DNA of 64,000 nt from a virus. Made by a program: the position numbers and the translations under genes. Each line of letters starts with the position of its first letter. The first letter of the stretch is position 1. Below, in pieces: positions 36,837-48,800 of the stretch. The notes beneath the pieces were generated by a model. That model ran no database searches, was not told the DNA's origin, and worked only from the letters and a program-made list of their open reading frames with translations. The stretch is taken from positions 1 through 64,000 of IMG/VR virus record IMGVR_UViG_3300045999_007288. One strand, given 5' to 3'.

Positions 36837-39800
36837 TTACCCTTGCAATCCTTGTTTTAAGAAACTAATTGGTAAAGTATTGGCGTTAAACAATCCTTGT
36901 CCATTTGTGGCTGTTGTATTTCCTAGCACTCCGGTAGCATTTGCCTGAGCAGAATTGCCCAAACTGTACCAACTATTGGTTTGTACATAAGCAACATTTG
37001 CCTCAAACGTATAGTATGTAGTGAATCTTTCGTTTGTTAGAGTTGCCGAAGAGTTACTGCTGATATAGGCAGAAGTATTACTTACTACATTACTAATAGT
37101 GCCTATTAAGTTTCCACCATTATCGTATAAATCATTGCCAACATTTAATTCGGCTAAGAATATTGTACCATTTCCGGTAACAATATTACTGCTGTTATTT
37201 GCTGTAATATTTCCCGTATATCGAACGGTGACATTAGATATGTTTGCAGCTACAAAATACGGTGTATTATTCGCAGAAATATATGCCCATTCAACCGGGA
37301 TTCCTTCTGGTGCATTTGGATTTCTCTTTGTAACTTGTAATAGTGCAACTGTATCACTTAATACACTGCTGATAGTACCTATTAACTGTTGACCAGTAAA
37401 AGTAGAACTTGTACTAGAATTTCCCAAAGTTGACTCTACTGCATTTTCTTCATTAGTACCGGCAAATATTTGTGTCCCTGGAGTTAACGTAGTGAATGTA
37501 GTGCCCACACCTTCTAATGTACTACTGTAAACATTTACATTAATTGTACCAGGTCCCTGCGATCTTGCATACCAAACATAATTTCCAGACTCAGGTATTA
37601 CTTGATTCTGACTTCCGTCAAGTACCACATTACCTGTAAAATGATTTTTAGCTCCGGTGCCGCCGGTTCCTCTGCGAATTCTTCCCAAAGTATTAGTTGA
37701 TAAGTCTTTAGAATAATAAGTAATTCTTTCACCGTTAATATATACAACCCCAGGTTGCCCTCCGTTGGGAGACGGAGTGGCTAACTTACTGGCATCTGTT
37801 ACTTGAATAGTAGTGTCCGTCAAACTTAAATTTGCGGCCAATGTAGTGGTACTTGCACCATCCTCTCTGAGATATGTAAAGTTATCATTCATATCTTTAA
37901 AGATTCGGTAAGACATCATCGGCCATGCATTTCCGTTTGGAGAAACGCTTAATTTCATTATCGCCGTAGCAATTATCGGAGATGTATTGGCTCCTGTTAT
38001 TATTACTTCGGGTGTAGTATCATATCCTCCACCATTATTAACTACTTGGAATGATACCGCAGATCCGTTTGAGTTCAATATTACCTGTGCTTGTGCTTGT
38101 GTAAAATATGAACCGCCTGTTAACGTTACACCGATGTCTGATGGAGAATATCCGCTTCCTGGATCAATAATTTGTATATAATCAAGTTGTATTCCCCCAG
38201 CTGTCGACCAGTTAGTATAATAACTAGCAGTAGGATCCGTTGCTATGGTAGTAACCGTCATATCTAAAGTATCATATACTCTTCCGGGAACCATTTCTTC
38301 GGGAGCATGACTTGCATATGGCCCTACATTATAAATGGTTAAATTGGCTGTAGAAAATACATTTCCTGTAGTAGTTGGTGTAACCACATACCATACTTTA
38401 TCGTTATAAGAAATTAAATCGCCTTTGTCATAATAACTATTAGCTTTCCACTCAGTGAAGTAACTATAAACAAAAGGTCCCCCATCAACAATAATGTCTT
38501 CGGGTTTTGTCCCTAAGGTGATATCATCGAAAGTGCTGGTTATTTTAGCATCTAAGATGGCATCACTTAAAATAGGAATTCCGTTTTCATCAAATTCCAA
38601 AGGATCGAATAGAGTAGCATCAAAACCATCAGCAGCACTAATGCCAGGTAGCGGGGGCTCAGGACCTGATCCGCCGAATCCTCCGTTATCGCTGAATGTT
38701 GGGCCTTCTACTTTTACCCCGGGATAATCGATGCCTGATTGCAATAATGACAAATCTTTTCCAGGCTGTCCTAATTCGGGCTGATAATACGCTTGAATTC
38801 TATCATTTGCATTGTTAATATTATCAATAGGATAAACTGTTAAAAAACTAAGAACATTCGAATTGAATGTTGTAGGCGAAGTAAATGTCTGATTTACGAT
38901 GTACGCAACACCGGCGTAATCAATTATTGTACCTTGTGTGAACGTAGTTTCTGGTTTCCAATCTACGATTGTAGTAGAATATGTATATCTGTCATACACC
39001 AGAGTAGTTTTAACATTTCGGACTAATCCATTAACTAAATTAGCTCTGGCGATAGCTCCTGTACCGTTACCGCCGTCTATAGTAACCACTGGCGTTGTAA
39101 CATAATCACTGCCGGGGTATAGTAATATTATTTTTGTTAGCACTCCGTCAGTTATTAGTGCCCGGGCAACTGCATTGTTTCCGTTCCTACTGCCTGTAAT
39201 TGTAATAATTGGAGGTAAGGTATAACCTGAGCCGCCATCTATTATATCTATAGAAGAGATACTGTAAGCATAATTAGATAACCAATTGGCATATTCAGGT
39301 TGTTGTAACAATCTTGCATCTTGAATAAATTCGCCGCTGGGACTTCTTGTAGTTTTTAATACACTATCGTAAGTCGGCGGAACATCAAAGTCAGACACAT
39401 AACTGTTATAGTTGTCATAACCCTGATAGTCTACTACATACTCTCGAAGAGTAGTTTTGTAAGGTTTAACTTCCTCTATGTATTGTTTATAGAATTCTTG
39501 ATTTTCTTTGATATAGATTGCAGGTTGATTTAATCCCTGTATCTTTTGCAATACATTAATAAAACTAGTTTTAAATAACCAATCCACATACTTTTGTTCA
39601 TCTAGTATATAATTAATGAATACAAAGAATAAATTTAAGAATTCAGAATCAAGTTGATCAATAAAAATATCATCTTTAAGAGTTTGAATAATCTGTCGAG
39701 TTTCGATTCCAGGGTTTTGGTCAAATCTTGTAGTGTCAAAATTATCTGCGTCAAAACCAAGCCCAAATTCTTCTAGTGCGTAAAGATTTTTCTTAAGTTC

Positions 39801-42800
39801 AATGGTACCATCTTGAATCCCGACCGTGACCACGGTGTTAGGATATACCTGAATTAAGAACCATTTGCCTTGACCATTGTTATTAATTTTAACAAGATCT
39901 TTTGATCTTAGAGTCAAATCATTTAATTGAGCACTAGTTTCAATGATATAAGTTGGTTTGACTGTTCTATCAAACCCTTGAGCATACCAATCTTTATATT
40001 GCCAGTATTCACTGGTTGCATAACTTTGTACTCTATTTAAATTCCATTCATTTTGTACTTGATAGTAAGTATAATCGTTTACATCAAATGTTGCACCAGT
40101 TGTAATAGTTTGATTTACAGTATACGTGATGCCGTTATAGTTGACGATTGTATTTGTTAAATATCGAGTGTTTGGTTGCCAATTGTCGACTACGCCATCT
40201 TTAATATAGATAGTCCATAAATTATCCACAGAACTATCACTCTGGACTAATACCTTGTAGCCCATTGGTAGAATTTCAATATTTACATAACTTAATTCTT
40301 CAAGGTTAGCTACTTTTAAATCATAAGCTCCAGAATTAGGAGTTGGTTCAGGCTCACCTTCGCTTAGTCTAGTTAAATCATAACCTTGACTAATAACATT
40401 TAAGTCAAAGATAGAATTAACATAGAGAACCATTTCTCGAATAGCTTCATTTCTATTAATGAACATACTTTGTCGAGGCCTGATATCAATGCCATATCTA
40501 TTTTGCACTGCAAGTGTTGGGTCTGGAACCGGATTACCAAATCTATCAATCCCGCTGGCACTATCTAATAATTTATTGTATATATTATTTGGAATATTTT
40601 CAGACTTGTTATTAGTGGCCGATAACAATGCATATTCATTATGAATGATGTTACTGTTTAACAATTTTGCATAATCTAAATGAAATATGATATCCCTGCC
40701 CACTGCTTCGTTGACCATATTATAAAGAGCAATCGAATCGTTTCTCACTGCGGCAAAATATTTCACTCCGCTATTTTTAGGAGACTCAATATAACTTGCA
40801 ACAGTCGTGGTAGGAATAGTTCTTCCAAATTGATTAGTGGACACAGTTGTTTTATTTTTTACCCAGAAATAATATTTCACTGTGGCAAAATTTGTAGCAG
40901 GATCTACGTAGGTTAGTGTTACGTATGCACCATTACCGTTGTATTTGGGTTCTCCATCCCCGCCGTTTGCAACATACTGACTAGGGGGGTATAAACTTTC
41001 TACCCATTCGTAGACGTCTATGCTACTGCCTGGAAATACTCGTCCCCAGTTTGTGGTTCTGTACTTAATACTACCTTGCTCATAATCAATATACCTAACG
41101 GTGCTTAAATCCCACCACAATTGTCCTACTTGTTGGTCAGTCCAATAAAGGTTATTGTTAACACTTACATTGTCGACACTAGCATTGTTGTAGATAGCAG
41201 GATCATAATCAATTTTATAAGTAAGTTCCTGCTCAGCTAGGCCAAGAATTTTACCTTTTGCTGGATCAATATAATCTAAGTTATATTGAACTGTTTGTGT
41301 TAGTGCATTATAGGTATATGACTTAATAATACCATTAATATCAACAGTAGGTTCTTGACTTCTAAGTACATCCCACCCTAATAGATTTGTTGGGTTAGCA
41401 AATTTATAAACTCTTCCACCATTGAATGCTAACTGTTTGTTATTCTTAGATCCAACAATCAACTCATATTTACTAATAGATATAGCACTACCAAATCTAT
41501 CATTTGTTTTTAATCCATCGTTTGTAGTGGTAGGAGTTAACTGCTGTATGAAAGTAAATATACCAGGAAATTCTATAGTAGATACATTATTTGGCAAATA
41601 TGAATAAATCCAAACTGCACCGCTGTCATCTACAGGTTCACTGAAGATCGTCAATTCTCCGTCAAACGTCGTAGGACTTGGTGTGTACGTCTTAGAGTTA
41701 TCAAAAACAGTAGATTGCAATGTTGCTGCAATGTCACTGGCCACCACTAGTATATCACTGTTGTTGTTTACTTTGACAAGTTTTCCAAAGTAATCATATG
41801 ATTTAGTTGAATTATTATAAATGATATCCACTTCGGGGAAAATATCTAGTCCTAAATCTGAAATTGCCGTTCCTACGCCGGGCAATATATTCAATTTGTC
41901 AAATGTAACTTCCGAATCACTGACTAATTTTAATTTATTATTTTCAATACTTGCGGTAACACCTGGAATCTTAGGACCAATAGGTTCACCGAGTGCATTT
42001 ACATTGTTAATAGCATTAACTACACTTGACAATGATGTGTCGGTGAATTGTACGGCGTAATTATTAATTCTAATAGAATCTCCACTATTTACTATAGCGT
42101 TAGCTTTAGTTCCTACTATTTCACCGTATACCTTTCCCTGATTCAGGAATCGATATACTGCCCCGTTATATAAATTGACCTGAGATTGATAAGGAGCCCC
42201 TGTATATAAACTACAACTGTTTGTGCATATATCAACACTATAACCAAATTGTTGATCAGTGTATGGCTGCTTTGGTACTATAGTTTGAATTGGATGAAAT
42301 ACATTTGTTTCTATAGTTAATATTTTACTTTGTCCAGGTGGGCTGTAAAATGTTATTAAATTCAGTGTACTGTTACTGACATACCAGTCTATCCCGACAA
42401 ATTTTTCTATGTTATCAATATATACTCTTGTATAATTGGTAATAGGTGCAATGGCGTCGAATGTAACAGTAAACTCATCTTGAACAATAAAATTATTAAT
42501 TGATCTGTTCCATAAATGTATTGCACCAGAACCTGTATATGTGGTAATATTACCACTGATATTGGCTGTTACATCTTCTAAAGGGGCACCAATCATGATT
42601 TGCGACCCGTCGACGGTAGCACTTAAACTATAACCAAATTGGCTACCTGCATTGCCTGAAATTGTTCCTACTAGATTATAACCTGGCCCTTGGGAAATAA
42701 TTATTGTTCCTGCAGGCGGCGGTGACGTAAATGTAATAGTCGACGAACTTACAGTATAATCCCTGTGGGGAACATATGTTGCCGACGATCCTTGAACATA

Positions 42801-45800
42801 AATGGTTTCTGCACTCACTGGGACATATGGCAGAGTAAACGAACTAACTGATCCGTTTGGAGTTAATGTTACTACGTCTTGATCAGGCACAGTGTTATCA
42901 TACCCATATATGTAAACAATATCGTCATCTGGGGCGCCAATATATAACCAGTTATCATCTGCGCTAATAGCAATACTAGTTCCAAAACTCCCAATGTTAC
43001 TGCTGGCCGGCGACAGTATTTGTACGTCAGACAATGTTCCGATGTTTTCTCTTTCGTATATAAAAACATAACCGATACCATTACCGCTGGATGGTGCTCC
43101 TGTTATTACCTTAGCATTTCCACTTTCGATAACAGACCCCAATCCAACTGTAGCATTTGCGCTGGAAGTAAGAGTCACATCTTCTACTAGAATTCCGTTA
43201 AAGTTAATTACATAGTTAGTAATAGCACCAACATTACCATTGTATCCAGGTTGACCGATTACTGCAAAATTATCGTCGCTTGCAAGATTTACTGCTGCAC
43301 CAAATTGAAAATTATTTTCTAATGTTCCTTTTTGTAATGCTGTAGTTAATTTCCATGGATTTGTTTTATTATAAACTGCCCAATCACTATTAGAATTATA
43401 AGAATTTACCCATACTTTATTGTTAACACTCCATCCCAGTCTCGGAGTTAATTCGGTAATACCGAGAGGATTTTCAGTTTTCATACTGATTAATTTATAC
43501 AACTGGCCAGTCTGGTTAAATGTGCTAAATCCTCTGAGATCACCCGTAAATTCAATTATAAAACTAGTTAATCCAACAATACTTTGAACTTTATAAAATC
43601 CAGTAAATTTGTCTACTCCAGTTAATAAAATGGTATCGTTTTTTACTAACCCGTGTGATTTGTTAGTAGTTACCTGAACTCTTGTATTCAGTGCATTGCT
43701 TAAACTTATAACATTGGATTCAGAATCTGATACTCTGTACACATTCCAATTTTGTTCATAATCTTTTGCTATCCAGATTGTCGATCCAGCAGTTATATTA
43801 GATATGTCTACATTTAATGTAGAAACATTGGTTAAATCAAATAGTGTAAAGTCGATGTCGTCGACGCTAACATAACCCGCAGTTTGAATGTCATCGCTGT
43901 AATCGCTATCAATTGTCCTGTTTATTAAAAATGGTGGCGACCATGGAACTACACTAGTTTTATACAGTCCTTGACTATCATTGTAAAGAGAGCTAAACAA
44001 TACAGAATTATTCGATCGAACTTCTAAGCTAGTGGGATTGCTTAATACGTATCTTTCGTCAAGGACCAATTCTATAGATTGATTTGTTCCAGTACTGCCA
44101 TAAGATCCAACTCTAAATGCCCAATCTTCGCTGATAGTCACATCGCTTGGACGACCGCTGAAGCTAACTTTACCTAAGGCATTAATAGCATTTAACGTGC
44201 CTTTTTCTTTAATGAATCCTTGATAGAATTTAACTTGGCTAGTATCATCTAGACCTAAATCATTTAAATAATTTCTATTTCTATAACCAATTAGCCCCAA
44301 AGCGTACTGATCGAATTCGCTTTCCAAATTGACTCTATCAACATTATAAAATGTTTCCCCAATGCCTGCATTTCGAGCAAAGTTGTTTAATAATCCTGTT
44401 CTAATTTTATTCTTATCTACAGGCAACCAATCACTGAATTTAAACTCAGTTGACCCTGGCAGATTTTTACTAGCAGTATAATAAAAACTCTTGTATTCAA
44501 CTAAGTCGCCTTGTAAATAATCTTTATTTTGTCTCCAAGCAGCTACACCTGGTTGGTTGTAAATAAATCCTGATGCAGATAATGTTCCAGTCCACTCCCC
44601 TGTTTTAGAACCGATAAGTTTTAAACGATACTGGCGTTGTCCCATTATAGGATCGTATATAATGTCATTGAACTGTGTCTTATTATCAAAAATTAAAACA
44701 TGTTCGTATTGTACCAAATTAAGGTCCACATATCCTATTAGGTCTGTGGTACTAGTTAATGATAGAGCAAATGTGTTATTATCTCTGGTTACAGTATAAT
44801 TGTCTGTATTCAAAACTTTATAGTTTTGATTTAACACTTTCGTGCCGTAGAATGTATTATTGATTCCATCCACTACAGCGGTGTTATTGAATAATTTTAA
44901 ATTATTAGACGCAGGACTTAATACAATAACACTGTTATTTGTCCATCCTTGCTGTACCCAGAATAAAAATTCTTTAGTGCTTAATTGCCAATTTTTAATT
45001 TGGGCCAGTGTTTCGTCATAGTACTCAAATTTAAAACCTTGCAATTGCAAATACTGTTCGTATCCACTTATAAAGTTTGCAACTTGTTGTAAGGTAGTTA
45101 GTTCAGTACCGTATGGTATATTAATTTTAAAATTCGTAAATTCATTGAAGTACTTTACAGTTTGCCCTTCTGATGTAACTAGTAGATAATCGCCAGTCTG
45201 CGAAGGTGGAACAATTGTAAAATACGGCCTTGCGCTATCATATCCAGAAATAGTAAAGCCGTTGCCAGTTTTTTCTATGATCACAGCACTATACCTAGAA
45301 TTAAAAACAGGAGTAGACTTGTTTAATATTAACGCATAGTTATCATCTGGAATAATAATAGTTTCATTAGTGCTGTTTGGACTATTTTGTTCAGCTAATA
45401 TTTTTAAATAATTTTTGCCGCTGAACCCTGCCATTCTATAAGACAATTGAATAGAATAGTCTCTAACAAAATTTAACAATGGAGTTTTGTTTGTTGCTCC
45501 ACGAGTTACTTGATAATCACTGATCCAATTTAAATACCCTGAAGATCTGGATATATCCCCTGAAGAGTTCACATACCCATTAACGTCGATATCTTCCTGT
45601 GTAATTCTGTTATTTGTCCCTGTTATCAAATATTGATCTAAATCAGGGTTGTATCGATATTTGTTTGTTGTAATACCGTATGCAAAATATTTTCCAGGAT
45701 TAATTATTGCAGCAGTATATTGCACTGCAAACGGATATTCACTGCTATTTCTCCAAGCAGTTTCAACTGGACTGAACTGTCCCATATTCCAATTGTCATT

Positions 45801-48800
45801 GAACTGAGTGGAATCATACTTATTAGTTAAAAGACCGATAGGTGGCAACAATTGTCCGTTTTCATTTACTGGAATAAATTTACTTAGGCCTGGTCTCGCA
45901 AATTTTTGGTCGGTACCAACCCTAGGCCCGGCCGCAATATATCCGGCTTCTAAATCGTCCCATAAAATTTTATTACCCGAGGTATAAGGAGCAGGACCGT
46001 AAGTAGATCTCCACCAGTCTGGTTCTTCACTGAATCCCAGCATTTCCCAAGGTGAAGTATTGGGGCGTTGAGTATCATAAAAATACTGAAAACATGCACG
46101 CCAAGAACCAGGTAGAATTTGACCATCAACAATGTCTAACGCAGTACTGTAATTATAACTAAAAGGTGCATCATTTTGATACGTAGTATTCTCTACATAA
46201 TTTAAATTATTAACACTGGCCCATTGCAGATAAAAGCGAGATAATAAATTATTATACTGGGATATCGTAAATCCAGTATCTCTAAATTTGCCCGGAATAG
46301 AATCGTAAGGAGATACTAATTTATTGCTATATTGAACTTTAATATTGTTGTATATACGCTTTTCTAATTCTAAAACAATGTTATCTCTAAAATCACCGAA
46401 GCTAGGCGTTAGACTACCGTCATGACCTCTGATCATAAGTTGAGGTTCTGTATATGTTATGTCAGTATAAATTGCTGGTGTAAATTTTGGATAAAGTCCT
46501 AATTTTGAAGGTGTTTCAGGAATCCAATTACCGTCTGTGTCTTGATATTCAACAATAGTAAGAGTGTTACCAACTGCTAATGTTATATTGTTTTTAATAC
46601 CGACACCAGGGCCTGTTACTAAAAATTCATAATCACGTCCGTATAATAGTTGACTGCCGTTCAAATAAATTAAAATAGACTTGTTGCTTAATGTTTCATT
46701 TGAAAAGATAGTTGTAATTTCATAATTACGTTGTTGCGGATTAAAAATGTTGTATGTGATTACATTTTTATTATCTCCGTACGGTACCATGTCACTGTAG
46801 TACCATGGAAAAGTTTTATCTTTAACTGAATTTATTTGTTTAATAATGTAGTCTACTGCTCCAACAGGATCACTAGGGTTAATCTGATTGCTGTTACTAG
46901 CAATGTTTATAAACTTATTTTTAAATCTTGTATATTCTTGTTGAGCATTAATTAATCCAGATGCAAAATTATACTTTTCATCGCTTAAGAACATGGCAGC
47001 AAAGCTAACTGGTGCGCTTTGCTGCAACATAGTACCAGACTGATTTTCGATGTACAAATCTCTAAGATTACTCACCCCAGGATAATTTCCAACAAAATAT
47101 AAACTATTTCTACTCAATGAACCTATGTGGTTACGTAGTTCTCCCAATGTTGGACTTGCTAGCGTCCTATTCTGTGCATTTAAATTTAAATTATCGGGTA
47201 TTTGATAAAATCCAAGATTGCTGGTATTTTTACTGTAGACAAGAATATCAATTCTATCATTTATTTGTAGTTTATTTCTTTTTATAACAATTAAAATGCC
47301 ATCTGGTACAGTATATGCCAAATAATCGTTAATTGATATTTCTTTAAAATTGACATAGACCAACAAGTTAGGTTTAACAGTTGCCACTTCTGGAGTGACG
47401 TCGATTTTGAATGTGTTATCTATACCATCATACGTAAATGGTATATCTTGCATTTGTCTAGTGTTAGTATTAACATTAGTCCATACATTAAGTTTGGTAA
47501 TACTAGCATCTGCATTGTTTTTATACAGCAAACCTGAATCTATTTTTTTAGTATACACAACTTTGTCGATTCCGTAACTGAACGACTCGACATCGAAATT
47601 ATTTTCGAACTGTATATCACCAATATTATTAAAATTTTTATAGCTTAAAGGAAACCCAAGCACCGGGTCAGGTGTACCGGTACCAAGTTTATAACTAAAA
47701 ATCTTTGTGCCCAAAAATTGAGTAGCCGAGTTAATAACTGGATATTTTATTTGATTAGAAAAACTAATTCCGTCAGTGTCAAATACATCAAATAACGGTG
47801 GTTGATTTATGCTAGTTTTACTCTGACCTTCGACCCAACTGTCACCTAGAAAGTAAAAACTTTTACCGTTATTAACTACACCATTAAAAACACTGACCGT
47901 ATTAAATTCTTCTATTACGTCCACTTGAATTAAATGAATTATGTCTGAGCCTAACGGGTTACCAGATACATTTTCCAGCGTCACTTCCCAAATTTTATTT
48001 CTTACAAATGGATCTTGATCAGCAGCAAAGATTACACGCATTCCTTGCACTAGATTAATACCGTCCACGAAAATAGAAGTTTTACCTTCAATTGATAAAA
48101 ATGCATTTGTGTAGACTGTATCAAATATATCAACCGGCGGCTTGGCTGTTTTTCCAAAATTAATTAACTGTAAATCTGCATCAAATTCAATTATGGGCCT
48201 TTTCGCTCGCTGTTCTGAATCAAAAATTTGCGGAGTATTATTGTATAAACTAGTTAATTCAATAATGTCTTTATGAAACCAACGATTTCTTCTGGTCCAC
48301 GGATTAAGATCCCTACTAGCTCTACTGATTACAATATAGTCAGGCGTAGACAAACTGGTATTGGTGTCTATGCTTGTACTTCCATAAAATGCTCTGCCAA
48401 TTATATAAGGATAAATTGGAGATCCGTTGCTGGCCTGTGTTGTAAAATATGCATAAGTTCCATTTGGAAATTCTGGTGTTACACAAAAGCGGCCATTATA
48501 CTGATCCAATGTGCCACTGCCTTCTACATAAGAATAATCTTCGATGAAGGCTCCTGCTAAAAATTCAAATGTTAAAGTTGTACCAGCTGTTAATGTAACA
48601 TTGCTGCTTAATTGCACTTGGCTGGCTGTGCCCGAGAACGGCGACAATCCTGTTGCTGTTTTTAGACCGTTATTGATAATCCATACACTGCCAGACTCAA
48701 GCCCACCAGAGTTAACTGTTACTCTCATGCCAGGATTTAATCCATTCGTACTAGATACAGTAATTAAATTATTGTTGATTACATCAGCAGTGATAGTTAC

